64,000 nt of DNA from Candidatus Methylomirabilota bacterium (GTDB lineage: Bacteria > Methylomirabilota > Methylomirabilia > Rokubacteriales > CSP1-6): positions 1,154-65,153 of the forward strand of contig JBKPAK010000189.1 in the NCBI GenBank assembly GCA_046726415.1, given 5' to 3'. Shown here piece after piece: positions 56,053 through 64,000 of the stretch. Position 1 is the stretch's first letter; every line of letters begins with the position of its first letter. The position numbers and the translations under genes were made by a program. Below the pieces are notes generated by a model. That model had not been told where the DNA came from. It did no database searches and was given only the letters and a program-made list of their open reading frames with translations.

Positions 56053-57054
56053 TCACGCGTGGGCACTCCCTTCCCCGGTTCCGTCGGTGTCCCCAGTTCC
56101 GTCGGTGGCAACATCCGGCTGCGCCTCTTCGCCGGCCACGATGCGCATGAACACCTCCTCCAGCGTGGTGCCCACCCGCCGCAGCTCCGTCAGCTCCCAC
56201 GTCCGCGCGGCGGCCAACCGGAAGATCTCAGCGCGCACGTCGCGCCCCGGGGCGGCCTCGACCAGCCAGGCGCCGGCCCCGTCCGCGGTGGATTCGGCGA
56301 CGCCGAGGACGCCGGGAATACTGCAGAGCCCGTCGCGGACCGCGGCCGCCGGCCCCTCGATCTGCACCTGAACGCGGGAGACCGGGAAGAACTGCTCGAC
56401 CAGGGTGTCGATGGGGCCCTGGGCCACGATCGAGCCCTTGTTGATGATGATCACGCTCCCGCACACCATGGAGACCTCCGGCAGGATGTGCGTGGAAAGG
56501 ATGACGGTGTGGCTGCCGGTCAGAGACTTGATGAGGGCGCGGATCTCCGTGATCTGCTGCGGGTCAAGTCCGATGGTCGGCTCGTCGAGGATCAACACTT
56601 GAGGATCGTTGACGATGGCCTGGGCGATCCCCACCCGCTGGCGATAGCCCTTGGACAGGGCGCCGATCAGGCGGTTCTGCACGTCGGCGATGAGGCAGCG
56701 ATCCATGACCTCCGCCACCCGCGCCTTGCGCTGCGCCCGCGGCACGCCCTTCACGTCGGCCACGAAGTCGAGGTAGGGGGCCACCCGCAAGTCGGAGTAC
56801 AGCGGGACATTTTCGGGCAGATAGCCGATGCGCCGACGAACGTCGAGTGAGTCGCGGAACACATCGAAGCCCGCCACGTGGGCGCTGCCGCTGCTCGCCG
56901 GCATGAAGCACGACAGGATGCGCATGGTCGTCGTTTTCCCCGCCCCGTTCGGGCCGAGGAAGCCGACAATGGTTCCCGGCGCCACGCGGAAGGACACATC
57001 GCGGATGGCGGTCACCGGACCGTAGTGCTTGGTCAATCCCTGGACTTCGATCAT
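56053..57054 (-). CDS. ABC transporter ATP-binding protein (GldA-like).
   Basis: Walker A GPNGAGKTT, signature LSKGYRQRVGIAQA, Walker B VLILDEPT. Confidence 0.9.
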   Translation of the reverse strand: MIEVQGLTKHYGPVTAIRDVSFRVAPGTIVGFLGPNGAGKTTTMRILSCFMPASSGSAHVAGFDVFRDSLDVRRRIGYLPENVPLYSDLRVAPYLDFVADVKGVPRAQRKARVAEVMDRCLIADVQNRLIGALSKGYRQRVGIAQAIVNDPQVLILDEPTIGLDPQQITEIRALIKSLTGSHTVILSTHILPEVSMVCGSVIIINKGSIVAQGPIDTLVEQFFPVSRVQVQIEGPAAAVRDGLCSIPGVLGVAESTADGAGAWLVEAAPGRDVRAEIFRLAAARTWELTELRRVGTTLEEVFMRIVAGEEAQPDVATDGTGDTDGTGEGSAHA

Positions 57055-57069
57055 GCGGCCGAACCCAAA

Positions 57070-57495
57070 TTATACACCCTCGGCGGTCGCAGATCCGTCT
57101 GTCGCGATCGGCATGATCGCCTGCAACCATGGCGGCATGGCGATCATCTTGCCGCTGGCGGGATTCCAGCAGGCGTGCAGGGTCGAACCGGTGGCCACCA
57201 CATCCCCCGTCTCGCTGCGGATTTCATAAGAGAAGCGGAAGCTGGCGCGCTTGCGCTCGCTAATCCAGCACCGGACATCCAGGAGGTCATCGAGGTGGGC
57301 CGGGCGCAGGTAGCGCACGGTGGCCTCCACCACCGGCAAACGGATGCGCCGGTCGACCTCTGAGATGGGCAGGCCGTGCTGCCGAAGGAATTCCACGCGC
57401 CCGACCTCGAAGTAGGTCAGGTAGTTGCCGTAGTAGACGACGTTCATGCAGTCCGTATCCTTGTACCGGACGCGGAGGGAGGTCCGGGATACCAT
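57070..57495 (-). CDS. YbgC/4HBT-family acyl-CoA thioesterase (hotdog fold).
   Basis: RVRYKDTDCMNVVYYGNYLTYFEVGRVEFLRQHG is the YbgC-type motif. Confidence 0.8.
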   Translation of the reverse strand: MVSRTSLRVRYKDTDCMNVVYYGNYLTYFEVGRVEFLRQHGLPISEVDRRIRLPVVEATVRYLRPAHLDDLLDVRCWISERKRASFRFSYEIRSETGDVVATGSTLHACWNPASGKMIAMPPWLQAIMPIATDGSATAEGV

Positions 57496-57498
57496 GCG

Positions 57499-58434
57499 CT
57501 AGAGGTACTGGCCGTAGCGAATCTTCTCCACAACTCCGCGCACGCGCTTGTATTCGTCGATGGCCATGAGCAGATCCTCGGTGCTCACCGGCGTGGCTTC
57601 GTGGCGCTCGGCCGCTCGGTGGACCTTCACTTCCAGGGCGCGCTGCACGATCTGCGAAATCTCCGCGCCACTCATCCCGCCCATGACCGGCAGCACCGTC
57701 CGGTAGTCGATGTCGGCGAACACCGACCGTCCAGCTAGCCGCTCGATCTTCGCCCGGATCAGGTCGAAGATTTCCTGCTGGGCGGCCGCATCGGGAAGCG
57801 CCACCTCGATGAGATGGTCGAGCCGCCCCGGGGCCACCAGCGCCGGATCGATCGCGTCGGTGCGGGTGGTCGAGGCCAGGACGAGAATGCGCGAGGCCGC
57901 GTCGAGGCCGTCCAGTTTTTCGCACAGGGCCGCCACCAAGCGCGCGCTCGCCTCGCGCGCCTGGGGCGGGGGCAGGAGATGCTCGAGGGCGAGCGCGTCG
58001 GCCTCGTCGAGAAAGAGGACGCCCCGTCCCTCGTTGGCGGCGATGCGAAGGATCTCCTGGAGCAACTCTCCCGTGTTCACCCCGAACTTGGTGGTCAGGT
58101 TGGTGAGCTTCAGGTGGTAGAAGATCGCTTGGGCCGCGGTCGCCAGCGCCCGGGCCAGAGTGGCCTTCCCGGTACCGGGCGGACCATAGAGGAGGAGACC
58201 CCGGGGAGGCCGGATGCCCCACTGCGCGTACAGCTCCGGCGACGTCAGGGTATAGGCGAAGCCCCGCACGGCGGCCTTGGCCTCGCGGAGTCCGCCGACG
58301 TCGTCGAAGGAGACGCTGGGGCGAATGCTGGTCTCCACTCGCCCCGTCAGATCGCCGAACTTCTCGCCAAGCTTGGCAAAGACGTCCTCGATCCGCCGCT
58401 GAATCGCCCACTGGAGATCGCTGAGGTCGGACAT
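57499..58434 (-). CDS. Stand-alone classical-clade AAA+ ATPase.
   Basis: VSFDDVGGLREAK...LLYGPPGTGKA (Walker A), VLFLDEADAL (Walker B), and sensor/arginine-finger region ...APGRLDHLIEV. Its stop is 4 nt from the thioesterase start. Confidence 0.8.
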   Translation of the reverse strand: MSDLSDLQWAIQRRIEDVFAKLGEKFGDLTGRVETSIRPSVSFDDVGGLREAKAAVRGFAYTLTSPELYAQWGIRPPRGLLLYGPPGTGKATLARALATAAQAIFYHLKLTNLTTKFGVNTGELLQEILRIAANEGRGVLFLDEADALALEHLLPPPQAREASARLVAALCEKLDGLDAASRILVLASTTRTDAIDPALVAPGRLDHLIEVALPDAAAQQEIFDLIRAKIERLAGRSVFADIDYRTVLPVMGGMSGAEISQIVQRALEVKVHRAAERHEATPVSTEDLLMAIDEYKRVRGVVEKIRYGQYL

Positions 58435-58452
58435 GGCCAGCCTCTCGCGAGA

Positions 58453-58974
58453 TCAGATCTGCGGACGGCGGGGGGGGGTGAGGAGTTCGCTTTTGTCGAA
58501 CACCCGGTTCTCGACGAGCACCGGCACCTTGGCGCGGATGGCCAACGCGATGGCGTCAGACGGTCGCGCATCCAACTGAAGCGGTGCCGCCGAGCTCTGC
58601 AGATACACGTTCGCGTAGTAGATGCCATCCCTGAGATCCGTGATGACGACCCGGGTGACGCTGACGTGAAGGCGCCCGAACAGGGTGAGGAACAGATCGT
58701 GCGTCAAGGGGCGGATCGGCACCACCCCCTGAAGGGGGACGGCAATGCTGGTCGCCTCCGCAGGACCAATGGCCATGAGCAGCTGTCGCTTGTCGCGCTT
58801 ACCCTCCAGCACGACCACGGGGTTCTGGGTCCGCGCGTCCTGCATGACGGCGAGCACCTCGACCTCCTGGGTCGAGAGTGGCGCGGGGGCATCGGCCCGC
58901 TCGCGCGCCGATGCAGTGTGAGCGAGAGCGACGATGACCAGGACGAATACTCCGAGTCGACCGTGGCGTCCCAT
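58453..58974 (-). CDS. Secreted bifunctional-nuclease (BFN/DUF151) domain protein.
   Basis: Start at M30 of the track ORF (MGRHGRLGVFVLVIVALAHTASA, a signal peptide). PVVVLEGKRDKRQLLMAIGPAEATSIA...THDLFLTLF matches the BFN-domain pattern. Confidence 0.6.
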   Translation of the reverse strand: MGRHGRLGVFVLVIVALAHTASARERADAPAPLSTQEVEVLAVMQDARTQNPVVVLEGKRDKRQLLMAIGPAEATSIAVPLQGVVPIRPLTHDLFLTLFGRLHVSVTRVVITDLRDGIYYANVYLQSSAAPLQLDARPSDAIALAIRAKVPVLVENRVFDKSELLTPPRRPQI

Positions 58975-59047
58975 GTTTCCCCCACTTCCGCTAGGATGCC
59001 GCCAGTATAAGCCGGTTCCCACCGCGCCCAGCACCGCCGCGACGGGG

Positions 59048-59986
59048 ATGGACCGCAACAAACCGCACGAAACCGTCGAGGCTCGGGAAGGAGAAGTGCC
59101 TGACCGCGCGGAAGCACAGACGGTCCGCTACAATGGGCGGCACGCCGATTCTCGCATGCTGACCACCGAAGCTCTCCTCCGCCGCTCCATCGACGTCGAT
59201 GGTGCCGGCCTGCGGCTCACTCTCGATGGCGCGTTCCAGGGGCTTCCGGGAACCGCGCACGGCGGGAGCGTACTCGCGGCCTTCGATGCGATCGCCGGCG
59301 TGGCCGGGATCCGCCAGCTCAGCGGCGCCTATCTCAAGCGCGTGCCCCTCGGCGTCGCCCTCCGCCTCGAGGTAGCGCGTGGCGACGGAGCGGCGGCTTG
59401 CCGCCTTGCTCAGGGCAGTGCCGTCCTCGTCGAAGGCGGTGTGGTCTCGTCCTCGCTCCCCGAGCCGAGGGTGGAGATCGACGCGACCGACGGGCTACCG
59501 CTGCCGGTGTCGAAGACCTGCTTCGTGTGCGGCGTCGACAATAGAGCCGGACTGTGCGCGCGCCTGCGGTTCGACGAGCAGGGCGTCTTCGGTCTGTGGA
59601 TACCGCCCGGGCGATTCCGGACGGAGGAGGGCGGCCTCGCACCGCTCGCCCTGACCGCGATCTTGGATGAGGCCGCCTTCTGGCTGGGCGCGCTGGCCTC
59701 AGGGGAGTCGGGCATGACTACCGACCTGGCGGTGACGCTCGCCTCTCCGATCTTCTTCGCCTCCCCCGTCATCCTTCGAGGCGAGCGCGCGCACGCGCGG
59801 CCGATGACCGCCGATCCGCGGTATTGGCAGACCCACGTCGCGGCGTGCGACGCGGCGGGACGCGTCGTGGCCGCGGCCGACATCACGTTCGTGGCCGTGC
59901 GTGGAGCAGCGCGCAAGCTGGCGGCGTGGCTTGCACCCATGAATCCGCCCGACCTCATGCCCAAAATCTTTCCCGCCTACGCATGA
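59048..59986 (+). CDS. Tandem hotdog-fold thioesterase-like protein (PaaI-like HGG domain plus a second hotdog domain).
   Basis: GTAHGGSVLAAFDAIAG (PaaI-type), then a second CFVCGVDNRAGLCARLRF module. Start uncertain (M at 59048 or 59156). Divergent from the BFN gene. Confidence 0.5.
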   Translation: MDRNKPHETVEAREGEVPDRAEAQTVRYNGRHADSRMLTTEALLRRSIDVDGAGLRLTLDGAFQGLPGTAHGGSVLAAFDAIAGVAGIRQLSGAYLKRVPLGVALRLEVARGDGAAACRLAQGSAVLVEGGVVSSSLPEPRVEIDATDGLPLPVSKTCFVCGVDNRAGLCARLRFDEQGVFGLWIPPGRFRTEEGGLAPLALTAILDEAAFWLGALASGESGMTTDLAVTLASPIFFASPVILRGERAHARPMTADPRYWQTHVAACDAAGRVVAAADITFVAVRGAARKLAAWLAPMNPPDLMPKIFPAYA

Positions 59987-60873
59987 GGCCCGCGCCCGGC
60001 CGTCCGCGCTGGCCACCAGCGGCGCTGGCGTGGACGAGCGCGGCGGTTGCCCTGGCCTTCGCCGCCAGCTGCACGCCATCCCCTCCTGGCTTCAGTAGCC
60101 CGAGCGTCCCCTACGTGTCCACGCCCTTGGATGTCGGCGTGGAGATGTTGAAGCTCGCCGGGGTCACCAGCAATGACCTCGTGTATGACCTGGGTTCAGG
60201 CGATGGTCGGCTGGCCATCGCCGCCGCCACGCTCTTCGGGGCTCGGGCCGTCGGGGTGGAGATCGACGCCAAGCTCATCCAGGACAGCCGGGAGGCCGCC
60301 GCCAGGGCGGGGGTGGCCGACCGCGTGACCTTCGTCTGGGGCGATCTCTTCACGGTGGATCTGCGTCCGGCAACCGCCGTTCTGCTCTATCTGCTGCCGG
60401 AGATCAATCTGAGACTCCGCCCCAAGCTCCTGGCCGAGCTGAGGCCCGGCACACCGGTGGTGTCCCACAACTTCGACATGGGGGAATGGACACCCGACCG
60501 CCTGGTGCGTGTTGTGACTACCGATGGTACCTACCGTCTGTACCTTTGGATCGTCCCAGCGCAGGTCCAGGGTACGTGGGCCATGACCCTGACCATGCCG
60601 GATGGCGACATGGCCGCCAGCCTCGTCTTCGAGCAGAACTTCCAGCGCTTGTCCGGGGTCTTGCAGACGCCGACCGGCCCGGCGCCCCTCGTGGACACGA
60701 GCCTGCGCGGCGACGCCATCGCCTTCTCGACCACCTTCGGCATGAAGCCCGGTCTGCGAACGGTCCGCTTTCGAGGCTTGGTCACCGGCGACAGCACCGC
60801 CGGAACGGCCGAGGTGACGGGCGGGCTCGCCATCGATCCGGGGCGGTGGGTGGCTCGGAGGCTGTCGCGCTGA
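59983..60873 (+). CDS. Class I SAM-dependent methyltransferase; lipoprotein.
   Basis: Lipobox AASC. VYDLGSGDGRLAIAAA (motif I). ATGA overlap with the previous gene. Confidence 0.65.
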   Translation: MRPAPGRPRWPPAALAWTSAAVALAFAASCTPSPPGFSSPSVPYVSTPLDVGVEMLKLAGVTSNDLVYDLGSGDGRLAIAAATLFGARAVGVEIDAKLIQDSREAAARAGVADRVTFVWGDLFTVDLRPATAVLLYLLPEINLRLRPKLLAELRPGTPVVSHNFDMGEWTPDRLVRVVTTDGTYRLYLWIVPAQVQGTWAMTLTMPDGDMAASLVFEQNFQRLSGVLQTPTGPAPLVDTSLRGDAIAFSTTFGMKPGLRTVRFRGLVTGDSTAGTAEVTGGLAIDPGRWVARRLSR

Positions 60874-60929
60874 GCCCGCTCGTCGGACGCGAGGCGTTGG
60901 CCCCGCCGTCCTCCGGTGACCCCGGCACG

Positions 60930-61292
60930 CTACCGCGTCAGACGACTCCCTTCCAACCAGGCCCCCCATTGGTCGGGAGTGTGCCCGACCCCGACGCGAT
61001 TCCCGCAGCGGACGAGAGGCGTGCGGAGCAATCGGGGTTCCGTCAGCGCGCGGTCGAGAAGGCGTTCAGGAGAGTCCCCGGCCACATGGAGACCGAGAGC
61101 GCGCAAGCGCGGGCTCTCGCGATTGACGAGCGTGGCCGCTCCGAGGCGCTCCTTGAAGCGGCGCAGCTCACCCGCAGAGGCCGGGCGGTCGTCGAGGTCG
61201 ACGAAGTGGACGGCGATCCGGCGCTCGGCGAAGAATCGCTGCGCCTTGCGGGTGTCCGGGTCGTTCCGGAAGCCGAAGATCTGAACGTTCAC
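60930..61292 (-). CDS. ArsC/Spx-family (YffB-like) small thioredoxin-fold protein.
   Basis: VNVQIFGFRNDPDTRKAQRFFAERRIAVHFVDL...RTPLVR matches the ArsC-family pattern. GTG start overlaps the PHP gene stop (GTGA). Confidence 0.65.
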   Translation of the reverse strand: MNVQIFGFRNDPDTRKAQRFFAERRIAVHFVDLDDRPASAGELRRFKERLGAATLVNRESPRLRALGLHVAGDSPERLLDRALTEPRLLRTPLVRCGNRVGVGHTPDQWGAWLEGSRLTR

Positions 61293-62131
61293 GCCGCCCG
61301 CGCGCGGGCCATGCGCTCCTGCAGCGCCTCCCATACGGCCAGGGGGACGGCCGGCGTGCCTGGCGGGTTGAGGCGACCGGTGTGAGGGCCATGGAAGTCG
61401 GAGCCGCCGGTGGCCACCAGACCGCAACGCCGACACAGCTCGAGGTAGCTCGCCAGCTGTCCGGCTGAATGCTCCGCGTAGTAGCACTCGATCCCCATCA
61501 AGCCGGCAGCGATCAGCTCGCCAATCAGCTCGTCCCGCCCACCCACTCCGGGGTGAGCCAAAACCGGCACCCCTTTGGCCTTCCGGATGACGTCGACCGC
61601 CTCGGCGGGCGTGAGCCGATGGCGCGCCACGTGGGCAGGACCGCCTGTGTGCAAGTAGCGGTTGAAGGCCTCCCGCACCGACTTGACGTAACCGCGCGCG
61701 ACCATCACCCGAGCGATGTGTGGGCGGCCCGGCGAGCCTTCCTTGACGATGGCGAACACCTCGGCCGGATCGATGGGCAGCCCGAGCTCTGCGAGTCGAC
61801 CCGCCATGCGATGGACGCGCGCTATGCGCTCGGCGCGCTGGGCTCGCAGAAAGTCCTGGAACCAGGCCGCGGCGTGGTCCACGCCATAGCCGAGGATGTG
61901 AACTTCGCCGCCGCCCTCCACGTCGCAGTTGATCTCGAGCCCGGGAACGATCGTCAGCCCCGGACAGGCTCCGGCCGCCGCCTCGGCCTCGGCGAGCCCG
62001 TCCGTGCTGTCGTGATCGGTGACGGCCAGGACGCGCACGCCGTGTCGCCAGGCCAGCTGCACCAGGTCGCGCGGCGCCAGCACGCCGTCCGAGGCCGTCG
62101 TGTGGCTGTGGAGGTCGATGGCGCCGCCCAT
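61289..62131 (-). CDS. PHP-domain phosphoesterase (HisJ-like / nucleoside bisphosphate phosphatase family).
   Basis: IDLHSHTTASDG...AVTDHD...HPG metal-binding motifs. Confidence 0.8.
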   Translation of the reverse strand: MGGAIDLHSHTTASDGVLAPRDLVQLAWRHGVRVLAVTDHDSTDGLAEAEAAAGACPGLTIVPGLEINCDVEGGGEVHILGYGVDHAAAWFQDFLRAQRAERIARVHRMAGRLAELGLPIDPAEVFAIVKEGSPGRPHIARVMVARGYVKSVREAFNRYLHTGGPAHVARHRLTPAEAVDVIRKAKGVPVLAHPGVGGRDELIGELIAAGLMGIECYYAEHSAGQLASYLELCRRCGLVATGGSDFHGPHTGRLNPPGTPAVPLAVWEALQERMARARAA

Positions 62132-63684
62132 CAGCGGAGTTCAGTGAGATACGTGAGGATCGTGCGCACGCCCACGCCGGTGGCGCCCTTGGGGGCCAAA
62201 GGGCCGTCTTTCTCGACGAAGGCCGGGCCGGCGATGTCGAGGTGCGCCCACGGCAGCCCCCCCGCGAATTCCCGCAGGAACAGCCCGGCGGTGATGGCGC
62301 CACCGCCGCGCGGCCCGACGTTGTTGAGATCGGCGATCTCGGACTTGAGATGCTCGCGGTACTCGTCGATGAGCGGCAGCTGCCACAGGTGTTCGCCCGC
62401 CGCCTCGGCGGCGGCTCGCAGCCGGTTGGCGAGTCCTTGATGACTGGCCATCAGCCCCGAGCAGAGCGGACCCAGCGCGACGACACAGGCGCCGGTGAGC
62501 GTGGCGAGGTCGATCATCTCGTCGGGCTTGATGGTCTGAACGGCGTAGCTCAGCACGTCGGCCAGGGTGAGACGCCCCTCCGCATCCGTGTTGCCGATCT
62601 CGATGGTCGTGCCATTCATGGCGCGCAATACGTCGCCCGGCCGAAACGCCGTCCCCGACGGCATGTTCTCGGTGGCGGCGATCAGGCCATGCACCTCGAC
62701 GCGCGGCTTGAGTCCCGGCAGGGCCCTTATGATGCCGAGCACGGCCGCCGCGCCGGACATGTCGTCTTTCATGCGCAGCATCCCCTCCGCCGTCTTGAGA
62801 TCGAGCCCGCCCGCGTCGAAGGTGATGCCCTTGCCGATGATGACGACGCGGCGGGTGGGCCGCCCGGCGGGACGGTACGTGAGGTGGATGAACTTCGGGG
62901 GCTGCTGGCTGCCGGCCGCCACGCCGAGGAAGGCGCCCATCCCCAGCTCGGCACACTCCGCGCGGTCGAGCACCTTCACGCTGAGCCGCGGCTGCTGGCC
63001 GATCGTCTCGGCCACCTCGGCCAGGTGGGTCGGATGCACCTCGTTGGCCGGCGCGTTGACGAGATCTCGCGCAAACCACGTGGCCCGCGCGAATGCTTCG
63101 CCCGTGCGAACGCCTTCGCCAACCTCGCGAGCGCCCCGACCGTCCGCGGGCACGACCAGCGCTTCCCCGACAAACTTCTCCGCCGTCTCGCGCTTGTAGC
63201 GCTCGAAGGCGTAGGTCCCCAGAATGAGGCCCTCGACCACCGCATGGGCGCGCCGGCGCGGCGGCAGGCGATCGCCCAGCACCTCGATGGCCACGGTACG
63301 CGCTCCGAGATCCCGCGCGCGGCGGATGCCGTTGGCCGCCGCACGCCGGATCGCCTCCAAGGTCAACTCCCGCCGCGACCCCAGCCCCACCACCACCACG
63401 CGCGGGCTCGGCAGGCGATCGCCAGCGTGGACGTGGGTCACTGCCCCGGTCTTGCCCGAGAACTTCTCGGCGTCGAGGACAGCCTTGATGAATCCGCCCG
63501 CTCGCCGGTCGAGGGCGAGGACCGTCTCCGGCAAGCGCTTCTCGTTTGCAAAGAGACCCACCACAAGGGCATCAACGGTCAGGTCGCCCAGCGCCTTGCG
63601 GGCCACGCCGACTTTCAGCGCGCGCGACGACGGAGCAGTCGCGCGTTCGGTGTCCGGGGTTGCCGTTTCGGCCGGGGCCTTCAC
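62131..63684 (-). CDS. pepA: Leucyl aminopeptidase (M17 family).
   Basis: NTDAEGRL signature, and VIIGKGITFDAGGLDLK. Start placed at the GTG (VKAPAE) abutting the Nudix stop. The upstream 85 aa of the track ORF overlap the Nudix gene and are Arg-rich. Confidence 0.8.
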   Translation of the reverse strand: MKAPAETATPDTERATAPSSRALKVGVARKALGDLTVDALVVGLFANEKRLPETVLALDRRAGGFIKAVLDAEKFSGKTGAVTHVHAGDRLPSPRVVVVGLGSRRELTLEAIRRAAANGIRRARDLGARTVAIEVLGDRLPPRRRAHAVVEGLILGTYAFERYKRETAEKFVGEALVVPADGRGAREVGEGVRTGEAFARATWFARDLVNAPANEVHPTHLAEVAETIGQQPRLSVKVLDRAECAELGMGAFLGVAAGSQQPPKFIHLTYRPAGRPTRRVVIIGKGITFDAGGLDLKTAEGMLRMKDDMSGAAAVLGIIRALPGLKPRVEVHGLIAATENMPSGTAFRPGDVLRAMNGTTIEIGNTDAEGRLTLADVLSYAVQTIKPDEMIDLATLTGACVVALGPLCSGLMASHQGLANRLRAAAEAAGEHLWQLPLIDEYREHLKSEIADLNNVGPRGGGAITAGLFLREFAGGLPWAHLDIAGPAFVEKDGPLAPKGATGVGVRTILTYLTELR

Positions 63685-64000
63685 GAAGTGCTCCCCGCGG
63701 CCAGCGCCATTGCTCGGCGGATCATGTCGATCAGTCCCTCCGTGACGTCGAGTGAGTGTACGTGCTCGGCTGGAACCCAGCGAACCTCGGCCGCGTCCGT
63801 GCCAGCACAGATGGCGTCGGATTCCGGATACGCGAGGTAGTCGATGAGGACGTAGTGATACCGGACGCGCCCGGCGTCGTCGCGAATGATGCGCTCCACC
63901 ATCCCGGCCACTCCCTCCACGCGGACGTCGATGCCGCACTCTTCGACCACTTCGCGACGGGCGGCGTCGGCGGTGCTCTCGCCGAGGTCGACGAGGCCGC
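63681..64000 (-). CDS. NUDIX hydrolase, partial (the 5' end lies beyond the window end).
   Basis: EECGIDV...RYHYVLIDYLA is the Nudix-box / fold C-terminal portion. It reads to the window edge. Confidence 0.65.
   Translation of the reverse strand, partial: GLVDLGESTADAARREVVEECGIDVRVEGVAGMVERIIRDDAGRVRYHYVLIDYLAYPESDAICAGTDAAEVRWVPAEHVHSLDVTEGLIDMIRRAMALAAGSTS

Noticed and set aside
1-64000. tRNA, rRNA, transposase/integrase, phage and toxin-antitoxin genes.
   Set aside because: I found no tRNA-like T-arm motifs and no rRNA-like segments. No DDE/tyrosine recombinase-like translation appeared in any frame. The protein-like fragment at 17.3-17.5 kb that briefly resembled an integrase core aligns better to the YfhO paralogue.

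Overview
This is a high-GC (about 70%) chromosomal segment from a Gram-negative bacterium; the complete Tol-Pal system and the lipoprotein lipoboxes show it is diderm. It contains about 58 protein-coding genes, several of them decayed, and no rRNA, tRNA, CRISPR array or transposase/integrase. Start codons were re-assigned inside many track ORFs because GTG/TTG starts and long Arg-rich wrong-frame ORFs are common at this GC content.

Layout, start to end:
- 1-24.4 kb: a surface-glycan (O-antigen/EPS-type) biosynthesis island. It encodes an O-antigen-ligase-like protein with a TPR tail, a WbaP-type priming phosphotransferase, three GT4 and two GT2 glycosyltransferases, a WbsX/GH99-like lipoprotein, a Wzx-type flippase, two GT-C membrane glycosyltransferases (ArnT/PMT-like and YfhO-like), a methyltransferase and a 2OG-Fe oxygenase. 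It also carries a di-haem DUF1111 oxidoreductase, a Hep_Hag-like secreted repeat protein, and about 1.7 kb of gene remnants between the ArnT-like and YfhO-like genes (a YfhO paralogue C-terminus and a CN-hydrolase C-terminus).
- 24.4-30.5 kb: an accessory, partly decayed region. It holds a low-GC patch, a frameshifted BNR-like remnant, a broken subtilisin (S8) gene, a small secreted protein, a GT4 gene and a PQQ sugar dehydrogenase. Three of these proteins share an unassigned secreted module of about 135 aa with four cysteines, and each of those three genes carries a frameshift. This is the most unusual feature of the window.
- 30.6-43 kb: a KefB-like antiporter, an M20 amidohydrolase, a cupredoxin plus di-haem cytochrome c pair, a flavoenzyme cluster (tandem ThyX-like protein, cyclase, LLM oxidoreductase, DHOD-like protein), and a CgeB-like glycosyltransferase coupled to thrC and a 3-methyladenine glycosylase.
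- 43.2-48.3 kb: tolQ-tolR-tolA-tolB-pal-cpoB.
- 48.4-64 kb: an anti-sigma factor with no adjacent sigma factor, an alpha/beta hydrolase, a DUF502 protein, an SDR, a tandem array of eight 34-bp repeats with hairpins, and a long minus-strand operon (MBL hydrolase, DUF4340, GldG/GldF/GldA-like ABC transporter, YbgC-like thioesterase, AAA+ ATPase, secreted BFN-domain protein). The window ends with hotdog, methyltransferase, ArsC-like, PHP, pepA and Nudix genes.
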